Shown: piece by piece, positions 23,001-33,836 of the stretch
Position numbering within the stretch: position 1 is the stretch's first letter
Layout of the letters: the number at the start of each line of letters is the position of its first letter
NCBI GenBank assembly: GCA_002633005.1
Contig: NMRA01000067.1
Location: 729,880-789,338 of the forward strand
Origin: Phoronis australis
Taxonomy: Eukaryota; Animalia; Phoronida
Length of the DNA stretch: 59,459 nt
Direction of reading: 5' to 3'
Translations under genes and position numbers: made by a program
Notes under the pieces: generated by a model
Told to the model about the DNA's origin: nothing
What the model saw: the letters and a program-made list of their open reading frames with translations, nothing else
The model's database searches: none

Positions 23001-26000
23001 CCTTAAAGGTAGAGAAAACAAAAAATGTCTGCAATGCAAAGCAACTTTTCCATACATGGTCGTGTTAAAAGTGTCCAAACAAAGAAGTCAGAGAAGTGCT
23101 GGTGATGTATTTGTGGGATTTTTCTCCATGACTTCAATAAACATGTTGAAAATGACCCCTGATTTAAAGGCGAAGGCAACCTTTTTCCATGTCATTTTGA
23201 GCTAAAATAAGTTTGGTTGGTTATCCTAGACATATTTCCCACTTAATTACAGCTTTTCGTAATTTTATTAATTACTCGTCCGCTACTGCGGAAGTGACGT
23301 TTTAGGAGACAAGCATTTCCTGCCACTTGGTTTTGCGTAGACGTTACCGTGCGAATCTGTTCTATTCTACTTTTGTTTTGTGCTGTTTTTCAACAATTGT
23401 CGCCACCACTTACCATCGGCGAGTATTCTGCGGCAAGATAGGTTAGTAGAGAACTCAACTACGTTGGATTTAGGGAATGTTTAGTGTGTTGTAAGCTGTA
23501 AATGGCTGAAGTCGGTGACCCGTATCACAGTGACAGTAGTGTGAGTGACGGAGACCTTCTTCACAGCAGTGGTGACGAGGATTTTTTTCACGGACATTCA
23601 GTGGGTGGGTACATGTTTGAGCCCGAGTTAACGAGGCAGAGTACGCACAGGCATAGGCAGCTGTTGAGAGAAACGAGGCGGCTACTGAGAACAGACGAGG
23701 TGACACATCTTGGTGCAAATGCACTGTGTGCGTTGTTATCCATACCTCAATGGAATGCTTGTGCTGTTCAGAGTTCGACGAGGCCAAGCCACTACTGGAC
23801 ATGGTTAAGTGGACCTCCGGCATACCACGGACACAGGAACAACTGTCCCGCACTCAGTTGCCAGAGTCTCCCGCGACACACTCCCACTAGATGGTGACCT
23901 GAGCACCCAAACTGCTTACATCGTGTCGTGTGACTCCCTCGCCACACACCTGGCACCTTCTAAATAGNNNNNNNNNNNNNNNNNNNNNNNNNNNNNNNNN
24001 NNNNNNNNNNNNNNNNNNNNNNNNNNNNNNNNNNNNNNNNNNNNNNNNNNNNNNNNNNNNNNNNNNNNNNNNNNNNNNNNNNNNNNNNNNNNNNNNNNNN
24101 NNNNNNNNNNNNNNNNNNNNNNNNNNNNNNNNNNNNNNNNNNNNNNNNNNNNNNNNNNNNNNNNNNNNNNNNNNNNNNNNNNNNNNNNNNNNNNNNNNNN
24201 NNNNNNNNNNNNNNNNNNNNNNNNNNNNNNNNNNNNNNNNNNNNNNNNNNNNNNNNNNNNNNNNNNNNNNNNNNNNNNNNNNNNNNNNNNNNNNNNNNNN
24301 NNNNNNNNNNNNNNNNNNNNNNNNNNNNNNNNNNNNNNNNNNNNNNNNNNNNNNNNNNNNNNNNNNNNNNNNNNNNNNNNNNNNNNNNNNNNNNNNNNNN
24401 NNNNNNNNNNNNNNNNNNNNNNNNNNNNNNNNNNNNNNNNNNNNNNNNNNNNAAGGTCTCCGTCACTCACACTACTGTCACTGTGATACGGGTCACCGAC
24501 TCCAGCCATTTTCAGCTTACAACACACTAAACAATCCCTAAATCCAACGTAGTTGAGTTCTCTACTAACCTATCTTGCCGCAGAATACTCGCCGATGGAA
24601 AGTCGTGGCGACAATTGGTGAAAAATAGCACAAAACAAAAGTAGAATTGAACAGATTCGCACAGTAAGCTCAACGCAAAACCAAGTGGCGGGAAGCGCTT
24701 GCCTCCTAAAACGTCACTTCCGGAATAGAGGACGAGTAATTAATAAAATTACGAAAAGCTGTAATTAAGTGAAAAATATGTCTAGGATAACCAACCAACC
24801 TTATTTTAGCTCAAAATGACATGGAAAAAGGTTGCCTTCGCCTTTAACCAGTGCAGTGCAAAGTATTGTTCTACGGTTTTGTCTACTGACTAAGGCAATG
24901 AAGAACAGTGTGTTCAAAGAGTACACTGATGTTGACTATACTTTAGTGTTGTCTTATGTCTATGATCGAACAGTTGCTCAGTGGATTAATCCCTGCTGAC
25001 ATGGTTCTATTACGTCTATTTTGAAGCAACAAATTCAGTTGTAAGCAATGCATCATGTCAGATTTTCAACACTGCATGTTTGTGTTATGTGTGTTTGGTT
25101 TTTAGCTCGATTTTGCTTCATGAGTTACTGTCTTCTATTAGTGCCAGCCTAAACTGTGTCAGTGAAGGACACAAGACTGACTTTTTTATTTTCATTCCAG
25201 TTGAGAGTGTTCAGTCGACCGTCTCAAGCGCGCACATCAGTTATACTCGTGAATCTGTCATTGGCTTCAATTTTTATTTATCTTCTCATTTTTCGAGTGA
25301 CGGAGGATTCCTCTGAGGTAATTGTGCTCATACTTAATTGTCGTGAACCAAACCCAGTGTGAAATTGAGCTCAAGTTCACCAATTATTAATCAGTTAACC
25401 AACCGTGAAACTCTTGCCAACTCCCTAAAGGGGCTGGTACAATGTAAAATATGTAGTTGAATCCCCCTGGTGTTAATATCCCAAGGTTACTTTTCTTAGT
25501 ACTTTGATCAGTATCAACAGAGTATCAATATCAAATTGATGGTATCTGTGGTAAACTGATGCTGCAAGTCATTAAACCAAATATCATCCACACTGTTGTG
25601 GCTGAGAGGATATTGACTAACCTTACAGGTTAAAGGCTTTGATTTATGTGAACACCATGAAATGAGTGGTGTTCATTGATTACTTAAGGAAAGATTTGTC
25701 ACCACTGACTTTTCATTTTATTCTAGTTTGTGATTTTGGCTTGACATTAGAAACTCAACCTGTTTCACTGCCTCTCAGTTGTGATTTGCCAATAAATTTG
25801 CACAAGAACCACGAGCCTCAAATCTCAATATGACAAACACTGATAATAGTTCTTTTTGTATATAGAGCATAGCAGGGCAATTGCCGCTTTAGTGGTGATA
25901 GTTCTCAACAACAAACCACCATAGTTCCACTGGGTTTTTGTATCTCCTCGAATAGTGATGTGGGACAAAAGACTATGTGAACGCATAACAATGGACTAGG

Positions 26001-29000
26001 TTGATACCGTACACGAAAAAAGTAATGAGACTGTTTCCTCGCCATGACAGCTAATTGTGTGAACTACACAAATGACTGGTAATAACTGTTATGGTGGCAA
26101 AACTCTTAATTACAGCGTGGCTTAGCCACTTTCCTGTTAATTCCCCTTCATTCTCGAACATCATGGGAGACTACTCTGACGGTCATCAGGGGAGACTACT
26201 CTGACATTGAATTTAGCTTCTACCCAGCTGCCATGATGGGAGATTCTGGGTGATTCTGTCTTTTAATAACTTTGTGTACATTGGTCTCATAGGACAGAAT
26301 TAAGTCTAGACTGACGGGAGGTCCTATGTTACTTTAAGTGTAGAAAATAAGTTCTGAATGCTACTTTACAGTCTTCATCAACAGCGCTTCTACATGCTTT
26401 CCGAACTTAGAAATAACTTCAAGCTTCAGTACACTTTGAGACTAGTTTTATAGTTGTTACTGGTCCAACTCAAAAGTTTCTGCTTTAGCACGAAAATTGG
26501 GAAAGCTCACACTCAGTTCTACTTCACAACACTGTAATGAATAAGCTGACCCACATATTTCACATTCCGGGCTTGGCTATTCAGAATTTATAAGTTGTAA
26601 TAAAACATTCATCTTCTCAGCTAGGACCATAAACCTTTTGTTAAGCTGTGTTTAGTTATGCAGCAGTCTAACTGGGAGAGTTGTATGACTAAGAGCAGGG
26701 ACTGTTTTCACTGACCTTGCAAGTCAATTGCAAAATGCTTATTGTGTATGAACTGACACCCATGATTTACAACTGCAAAATTGTAAACTGCTAAGCAGAC
26801 TACTTACCCCTTCCAAGCCCCGAATCTGACTGAGCAAGTTGACCATGTCTGTATTCTTTACTTGGCGAAATAAATTTTGCCAAGTATGTTGCTCTTCCAC
26901 TAAGTTTGTTTTTTTTTTTTTGTTTGTTCGCACGATACAGGCCGCAATTTTCGTCCGATCATCATGAAATTTACACATAACACGTACTTCCGGAAGTACT
27001 GGAAGCCTATTGTTTTTCGTCGAAATCGGATCCAAGATGTGGCGGCCATTTTGTTTTCATTTTAAGATTCAAAGGCTTCTGGAGGCTACAGTTTTTACGT
27101 TCAGAGCTGAAAATCAGCACAATGAATGGCCCGGATGTGCATTACGTATATGCCGGAAATTGTTTACTTCCGGTTAAAGATGGCGGAAATATCGGCGATC
27201 GTGCATGCTCACCTCGATTTTGGGCTAAAAACGTTTTCTCCCGTAGAGGGCGCATTATGAGACCAATTCCTTCGAATTTTTACAAGTATTAGTTTCTTAT
27301 GACATGCTATTGCTTTCAAGATGGCGGTTTTGGCGCATGTTGACCTATTTTCAGCCGTACTTAGGTGCCGAAAATGACGTGAATTTTTGCATGTGGATTC
27401 TTTAACGTATACTCTTTCATATGAACTGTAACAATTTTTTTCTCAGACTTACCGTTTTCGAGTTGTTTGACTTTGAATTTCTTAAAAAAACGCAAAATTT
27501 CAATTTTTTCGAAAAATTTACGGCATTAGGCGATACCATCAGTTTAGATAGAATTTTGAACGAGCTTTCAGAAGATGTTTTCCATTTTTCGCTAGAACGT
27601 CTACTTTTTGAGTTATTTGAGATTTTCTGATAACGCTGTTCCTTTGTTGAGCGCTCTTGCTGCATTGATTTTGGTTTATCTTCTATTGAACTAGACTGTA
27701 GCCTATTTCTTATTGATTTATGACATCTAAGTTCGTCATATGAATGTTGTGATGTTGTTCATCATCGCCACCACCGTCATCATATTCGTCATCATCGTCA
27801 TCATCTTCGTCATCATCTCCGTCGTTGTCTTTTCTGTTAACTTCGCCAAGTGTCGCTCAAAACTGTAGCCTTTTTCTTACTGATTTCGGACTTCAACATT
27901 CGTCATGTGTATGTTGTTATTACTTCTTTTGTTCAACCTCGCCACCATCGTCGTCATATTCGTCATCTTCGTCATCATCTTTATCGTCATCTTCTTGGTT
28001 AATTTCGCCAAGGTTCGCTCCTCGGAGCGCTTTCATCTTAAGTGTCCCCTCTTCTACTCTGAAATTTGTTATATTGCGTGTTAACATTATTTTACTGATA
28101 GTGTCTTGTATTGTTTTAGGTGTGGATCACTTCTCTTGGCTTCGTGCTTGGCGTGTGTGTGTTTGGTTCTACCTGTTTATATGGGGTACTGGCTGTGGAG
28201 AATGCCCCCTCCCATTTGTCTGGATCGGCCAATGCTTTCGTAGCCCTGGGAGCCAATGGTAAGCACTGGTGCACTGTATGACTTCCAATACTTCAAAAGC
28301 TTTGTAATAATAGCCAGACACAATTTGGCATCAGTTGCACATACTTTGCACAGCAGTTGTCAATATTTTGTTTGCAGTTCCAAAGTTTTCTCCTGGATGT
28401 TTTCGTTACCGAGATATCCCCCCATGGAATATGTGCCCATTTTCAATATGAATTCCCATGAAATTGGCAGTATTAAGGTGACATTACCTTATGGCAGTGG
28501 TGTGACATATACCAATGGCCATGAGTCACCACTCCTCAACCTAGGGTGTTATAAATTAGTATTGCTGGATATTTATAGAACTGGCTTACTACACTAGACT
28601 GCATTGCTGAGCAGCCTTCAAGTGCAGCACACTAGGTGACATGCGAAACTTAACTGTATGAGTTATGCAGCTGTGTGGCTAATTGAATTTACAAATCCTA
28701 AATAGCCAGCATTGTGAGTTTTATGAATCTTCAGTTTGAGAAAACCAGTCATCACCGAGATGTGGACTTGTAGCCTGCAAATCAGAAAATGTTGGTTTTT
28801 AATTTGAATTTTATAGTAGCAGTTCAATAATGACTATTGTCTGTGTAAGCTCTGTGTGCAGAACAGCTTAGCTTCAAGGGAAGTTACACACCTGCAACTT
28901 AAGAATGTGTTATTGGTCAGTTGCCATGGCTACAGCAAGTGTAGGGTATGTTGGAGTGTGCACATGTTGCTCACTGGTGCTGTGTGATAAGTTCTGTATA

Positions 29001-32000
29001 TTGTTATTGATTTAAACTCGAAATTTTCCTAAATCAAATTGGATGTGATTTGAAGGCTTTGAAACAGGAACTAATCTAATATTTGAGAAGCCCAGGGGGG
29101 GAGGCTGGTCATTCCCGACACTTCCCATATGAGGGTATTTCAAATGGGGTCACCCTAAGGTCACATGACAGGGAGGTATCCAGGTCTGAGGTATCTCCCC
29201 AAAATACATGGCTCCCAACATCTGCTGATCATCAGTGACATTTATAGTATAAATAGATGGTAGTAAACAGTGACATTTATAGTATAAATAGATGGTAGTA
29301 AACAGTGACATTTATAGTATAAATAGATGGTAGTAAACAGTGACATTTATAGTATAAATAGATTGTAGTAAACAGTGATCTTGGTGTACGTAGGTTCCAA
29401 TAAAATTTATCAGATAATGTTAATTTTTTGTTTAGCTTCCCTCAGTTTTTGCTGAACTTAGTTTTGAATACAGGCCATCTTTTTAGTTCTGTCTTGGATG
29501 TTATTTTTGGATTTACCAATTTTAAAGCTTAAACTTGACTTTCACAAAAAGCAGCTTTTGATTTAGAGCACTCACCATAATTAAATTGGTCGCAATGTTA
29601 CTTTGTCAAATTAGAGGTGATTTCAGGACCTCATAAGCACTGAGAATCGTTATTGCTAGAGACTGTGCTTTGACCAATTTCTAACCAATTTTAGAGTAGA
29701 ATTTTGAAGATTGAAAGACCAAAGAGTTTGTGAGAAATTCGCATTTAAAATTAACATTTGAAAAAGTAATTGGGTTTGAAATAATAACATGTTTTTGGTA
29801 AGACTAATGACACAGCTCTAAAACCACTGACAAAATCTAAGGATGGGGTATGTTTTGCCACGCACAGCCAGAACTGCGGTGCAGAGAATTTATTATCAAT
29901 GAAGCTGGGTATAAGTGCATAGGTGTGTTTTGGGGTAGCACCATGTGCCAGCTAAACGCATGACAGTTGCCTCTTCCCTGTGTGGCTAGCATAATTCTTT
30001 AATACAGAATTTCACATTTGAACCCATGTACTTGGCTCATATTGGATAGTGCTTAGAATTTACCTCTTTTAAGAGGATTTCCTCTTTTTTGATTTCGATT
30101 TCCTCTTATTTCATTCCAGTTTCCTCGTTCTTCATCACTTTTTTATCCTTATTGTGACTTTATTCATGTTAAAACCTTTATCTCAGACAAAATTTAAAAC
30201 ACGAAAAATATTTATATCACATGCAAGCTTATTTATTTGTGGAAGATTTACACCTGAGAAAATTTCCTGTTTTTTGTCATCGGTCATTCCAAGCCCTGAT
30301 TTGAGTTTCTCTATTGAAACATCCTGGGTGTTTAACTGAGTAGATATGTTATGTCACTTTAAAATTGTGCAAAATGACAGATGTATATGGGACAGACTAT
30401 GGTCACTATGGCAATTGTCAGATATAACTTTCCCACATTTTGAGAACCAGTTTGGTGCACATTATTTAGTGGAGAAAACTGGTTCTCAACATGGGGCAGG
30501 TTATATCTGACTATTACCATTAGTATTGTCAATTATTGTTAACTGGCAAGTTAATACTGTTCAGCAGTATAATGTTTGTTTAGAGTAGTCCAATTTCATC
30601 TCTCTCAACACATTATAGTGAGCTCTCCCAATCACCCATTATCTCTACTCACACAAGCACTCAGGGCTTGCACTGGAGCATGTGACATTCTCACGTGGGA
30701 TTTTGACTTCCAACTCAGATATTTATAAAACGGTCTCTCTGACCTTCCAATCACCAATGTGGGACAAAAATATTTGGAAACTGCACTTTCTTTCATTTTC
30801 AAGGACTTACAACATTGCTGTGATTTTTTCACAATATTAACTGTTACAGAGAACTGGACATGTGGAAGCGACATATATCCTGTTACCTAGCTGTGGACCA
30901 AGACCCTAAATGTTGCTATAATCTGGAATAAACTGAGATATCATTGGTAAAAAATGAGAAAATAAAATTTCACTTGTCTACCTTATTGTGTCAAGGATCG
31001 TTGGTGAGATTTTAGGGCATGTTCCTGACCGATCAAATTTCAATGATTGATCTGACAACTAAACTCACAGGCCGTAGAATCTATCGACTACTGACGCCAA
31101 CACCTTGTAATACTAATAAAACACGTTTCTGAGTTAGTGATTCTGAGATTCGGGTGCCTTTGGGAGGAAGTGCTGTCTCTAGGCTGGCCTTCGTTGTTTC
31201 CGAAAGGCTGAACGCGTCAGCGGAGCATTAAATCAGGAATCAAGAGTAGAATGTGCCGATTCATTATTGAACTTGGATTAGATGCCATTAACAGGATTAA
31301 GTCAATTATCTAAGCAGGGGAGATAATCCCGATGAATGATGTGATTACGGATGGACTAAGGCGTACTGTGGGAACAGTTGTCGTGTTGCGAGTTGTCACG
31401 GCACGACTTGCTCCACTTCAAACGCATTGACACGACTTTAGATCGCACATTGGATTAGCTTAGGTCATTCACACGAAGACTGTCTGCGCCTGCTTGCATG
31501 AACAATAGCGAATGTTCAAACCATTGGTATCTTCGCTATTATGCAAGCGTGAAGGACGGAGATGATCCCCAGTCCGCCTTGCCCCAGTTTGTGCTTAGAG
31601 GTGTAATTGAAACTGGAACAGCTGATCGAGTGCAGATTGTGCTGCCCCTCCACAGGGTGTCAGAAATCGTCTCTGCCGTGTCAGCTTAATTGCTCCGTGT
31701 CAGTCGTGTTTACACGCACTCACTTGCAGCCGATCACGAGCTGGTCCGTGTTAGTTTCTCCATGACAACTGCCTCCCGTGTAAATTCATCTTTATATAAA
31801 TAATACTTCATAAATGATGTAAGTCATTGAGGTTTGTATTGTTCACGCTCGTGATGGAATCCTGAAAACAACAAACCTTGCCTTGTGTGCTGGGAAAACT
31901 TGTGGAAGTGAAAAAGTAAAAGCTCTTGAAAAAAGATGAATAAAAACTCGTGTGAGGATAATGTACTGATGTCTACTGTTAGAAGTAGGGTCTTATTTCA

Positions 32001-33836
32001 GGAAAACTGACTTAACACTAAAGTCAGATATTTTTGCTTGTGCTCCACACAACTATTTCCGAAACAAATATTTAGGTCTTATTTGAGCGTAAGTGCAAAG
32101 TCTCTGAGAATAAACACACAACGTCGTTTTACTGGAACGTTATCTGTAGACTGAGACCCGGTCAGTAATTGCTTGGATAAACATTTTCAGTGAAGTGGAG
32201 GCCTAAAATCAAATTTCTGTCTCTTGTCACTTTCAAACCCCAGACCAGATACACGCTAGCGAGCGAAATTAGCGTTGCAATGTTGCGCAAGCGGGTGGCC
32301 ACATTGGGCGCGAAAATTTTAGCGCCCAAAGTAAACAGCAGCCGACAAACACGAAATACTGTTGCTGTGCTTGATATAAAAACGATGAATTTCATAGTGA
32401 ACCGTTGATTGTTTTTGCAATTTTATGTTAAACTTATAACAAGCACGTAGTTCATAAAGACTGCGCATGGCATTTCTTGCAACGTCATGTAGGATTGCGC
32501 ACGCACATATGAAAATCAAATCCAATGTTTTTCCTCTCCCGTTTTTTAAGCAAATGTCTTTGTAATCTTTGTAATCAGCACATTTTGTAGTATGTAGTAC
32601 AGCAACCTCCTTTATCTTACAAAAAATAAATGAGAATGCCGTCCATGTTTAAAAGAAGTAAACAAAATTGTAACGGTCAAATCGAAATTTTGAGGTTGTG
32701 ATTTGTTCAGGCAACGCGATTACGCGAGTGGACGTTGAAGAAACCAAACATTTCCATTTCAGTTTTCATTTGCGGGTTGTTGCACCCGTCGCTCGTTCGT
32801 GTGGAGTCTGCCCAATGCGCTCCATTTTTTGCATTGAATATTTGCTGCAACAACTGGTAATTTCGAATTACTTTCACAGCTAGGTCGAGGATACATTCTA
32901 AAACCATTCCTCTGCTGCAGGACTCGTGTTTATTACAGCAACCCTTATTTATATTCTTTGATCGTTCACAAGCTTCTTTGGGCACTCTGTTTACTTTTCA
33001 ATTCTTAATTTGTTGTTCATTTCCTAAAAGCATAACATGGTGTCTCAAATTCTTGACCCAGTTGGTAACTAGGCTACTTTTTTACCCAGGAGCACAAGCA
33101 AAACTTTGCAAATAAGACTATTCTCAATCTCTACTAAGTGAAACGCATTCATATACATTGTAATCAGTTGGAGCATAGATTATAGACAACAGACATGTAA
33201 TATAGTCTATGGCTGGAGCAATATTATATCGCTGACTCACTAGCTATACAAAACTCAGCCACTTTCCTCGATCAATACACCAAGGAACGTAGAGCAAGTG
33301 GCTACCACTAAATTGTGATTTTATCATTGTTTTCATAGTATTCCTACAGTTGTAGTGAGTGTCTAGAAGTTTTCAAAACCTTATACGTCATATGGCAGAT
33401 ACAAAACTTGAATATGATAGAACATTGATTTGGTGTTTTATATGTTGTATGAAAAAACAGGAAATATGATTTCAGTCGTCGACCATGTTATGTTCAAAAT
33501 TGACGATTTTACCCTAATCGCAAATGGTTCCTCTCCAAAACAGCAACCAACACACGCATTTCAGTCATGGGGCGTACGGTTCTCCATCAATTTGAATTCT
33601 GCAGAACTTTTCGTCTAAATGTCATGTGTACAGCCATGCTTCTGTCCATTTCAGTGGGTGGAATGCTGGCTGGCCTCCCCCTCAGTCTATTGGCCAAGCT
33701 CCACGGCTGGCGAGGTGCCCTGCTGTGCATCAATATTTGCTGTCTGGCCGCCTGTGTTCTTCACTTCGTCACATTTCCTGCAGGTACTGGCGTCTCAATC
33801 AATGAAGAAAGGACTTCTCAGAAGAAAGTAAATTAG
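7932..33836 (+). CDS. SLC37A4: Glucose-6-phosphate exchanger SLC37A4/G6PT (MFS, OPA family); spliced CDS 1311 nt = 436 aa
   Basis: Join 7932-8079, 10485-10622, (13676-13770 OR 14876-14970), 17198-17333, 18087-18197, 20046-20213, 20942-21018, 25201-25317, 28120-28258, 33655-33836. All introns are GT-AG with consistent phases. Motifs NRK(27-29), AYAIAKF..GVLSD, SPYLW, KTCLQDW, GLP and a C-terminal KKxx ER-retrieval signal (KKVN) match G6PT as recalled. Confidence 0.93.
10485..10622 (+). CDS. SLC37A4: SLC37A4 coding exon 2 (GLISSSQTLAYAIAKFALGVLSDKFSSRVLF...)
   Basis: ttgcag| ... |gtaaga; 138 nt, phase 1->1. Confidence 0.92.
10831..10921. repeat. (TA/CA/TG) dinucleotide-type microsatellite
   Basis: atatacatatacacatacatattcatatgcatatgc... 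visible directly. Confidence 0.85.
11183..11738 (+). mobile_element. PIF/Harbinger internal-deletion derivative with transposase first-exon relic
   Basis: ~30-bp TIR (accagaagcgtgttcaa.agagtgagcgcccgc / gcgggcgctcactct.ttgaacacgcttctggt). 11283-11534 reads MATLKQ...YD*...NYVEETVPRYSDPQFKSQFRMSRSTFE|gttagt, the Harbinger/HARBI1 N-terminal FRMSRxTF motif. Confidence 0.85.
12115..12276. mobile_element. hAT-like MITE (CATAGGCGGATCC...GGCTCCGCCACTG)
   Basis: Imperfect TIRs, G/C runs, flanks agcat/tgcat. Confidence 0.75.
13676..13770 (+). CDS. SLC37A4: SLC37A4 alternative coding exon 3a (L-TETVLVFLLVSCLQGACQGLCTPSLVMLFCK)
   Basis: ttctattcttatag| ... aag|gtatct; 95 nt, phase 1->0, no stops; aligns without gaps to G6PT residues 96-127. 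Confidence 0.75.
14876..14970 (+). CDS. SLC37A4: SLC37A4 coding exon 3b (C-VSSVPSFSFMMFLLGTTSGCGWPACAKILKK)
   Basis: tttcttcacag| ... aag|gtcagt; 95 nt, phase 1->0; retains GWP (W118). Confidence 0.9.
15690..16530 (+). mobile_element. Degenerate Helentron/HINE-like repeat
   Basis: Recurrent catgaaatttggc / ggtggccattttt units resembling the internal units of 26857-28039; ends not resolved. Confidence 0.4.
17198..17333 (+). CDS. SLC37A4: SLC37A4 coding exon 4 (WYSPSQFGSVWGFLSSSMNLTGAVGP...SWQTSLQVA-G)
   Basis: ttttcag| ... |gtcagt; 136 nt, phase 0->1. Confidence 0.92.
18087..18197 (+). CDS. SLC37A4: SLC37A4 coding exon 5 (GVVSLVYAGLCGLVLHDSPSSIGFEEF...)
   Basis: tcttag| ... |gtgagt; 111 nt, phase 1->1. 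Confidence 0.88.
20046..20213 (+). CDS. SLC37A4: SLC37A4 coding exon 6 (...DLLRSPYLWTLFFAYMLVFATKTCLQDWAQLYLIQEQGRSVLM-G)
   Basis: ctttcag| ... |gtaggg; 168 nt, phase 1->1. Confidence 0.92.
20942..21018 (+). CDS. SLC37A4: SLC37A4 coding exon 7 (GSSFVSSFESGGLVGSFLAGFWSDRM)
   Basis: tttcacag| ... |gtatgt; 77 nt, phase 1->0. Confidence 0.9.
23502..23890 (+). pseudogene. Frameshifted P2X7-C-terminal (ballast)-like Cys-rich ORF of the Kolobok element
   Basis: MAEVGD...GYMFEPEL, then in a shifted frame with one stop RRGDTSWCKCTVCVVIHTSMECLCCSEFDE (WCxCxxC...ExLCCxE, 23711-23773). Confidence 0.7.
23968..24452. other. Assembly gap (N run)
   Basis: Ns. Confidence 1.
25201..25317 (+). CDS. SLC37A4: SLC37A4 coding exon 8 (LRVFSRPSQARTSVILVNLSLASIFIYLLIFRVTEDSSE)
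   Basis: ttcattccag| ... gag|gtaatt; 117 nt, phase 0->0. Confidence 0.88.
26857..28039 (+). mobile_element. Non-autonomous Helentron (HINE/DINE-1-like) element
   Basis: 5' subTIR plus short IR (acttggcgaaataaattttgccaagt), T/GTTT microsatellite, internal units, 3' subTIR ttcgccaag (28004-28012), then hairpin cgctcc-tc-ggagcg and a T-rich end; (TCA/TCG)n tracts at 27755-27995. Confidence 0.75.
28120..28258 (+). CDS. SLC37A4: SLC37A4 coding exon 9 (VWITSLGFVLGVCVFGSTCLYGVLAVENAPSHLSGSANAFVALGAN-V)
   Basis: ttgttttag| ... |gtaagc; 139 nt, phase 0->1. Confidence 0.92.
29233..29378. repeat. 35-bp minisatellite, 4 copies
   Basis: Unit cagtgacatttatagtataaatagatggtagtaaa, one substitution in copy 4. 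Confidence 0.95.
30405..30524. mobile_element. ~120-bp palindromic MITE-like hairpin
   Basis: atggcaattgtcagatataactttcccacattttgagaaccagtt pairs imperfectly with aactggttctcaacatggggcaggttatatctgactattaccat. Confidence 0.6.
32241..32810. mobile_element. Degenerate TIR element
   Basis: cagac..acacgctagcgagcga versus tcgctcgttcgtgt..gtctg; CpG-rich relative to the intron. Confidence 0.35.
33655..33836 (+). CDS. SLC37A4: SLC37A4 coding exon 10 (VGGMLAGLPLSLLAKLHGWRGAL...SQKKVN*)
   Basis: ccatttcag|; 182 nt to TAG; AATAAA at about 33903. Confidence 0.92.

Larger units (their letters stand above)
23168..24843. mobile_element. Kolobok-type DNA transposon derivative with ~390-bp inverted arms and TTAA TSD
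   Basis: ttaa|AGGCGAAGGCAACC ... GGTTGCCTTCGCCT|ttaa (TTAA target with RR..YY ends is Kolobok-like); 23168-~23560 is the imperfect reverse complement of 24453-24843; gap in the middle. Confidence 0.8.

Noticed and set aside
27825-28262. 145-aa Ser-rich ORF
   Set aside because: Trinucleotide tract of the Helentron-type element plus an off-frame reading of exon 9
29233-29378. 35-bp repeat with an internal palindrome, CRISPR-like in size
   Set aside because: Head-to-tail with no spacers, eukaryotic intron context, no cas genes
21240-31015. ~70-bp motif (gagaaaataaaa.tt..c.tgtc..cc.t.ttgtgtc) at ~21245, ~22285 and ~30945
   Set aside because: Most simply fragments of an old dispersed repeat; no evidence of a regulatory role
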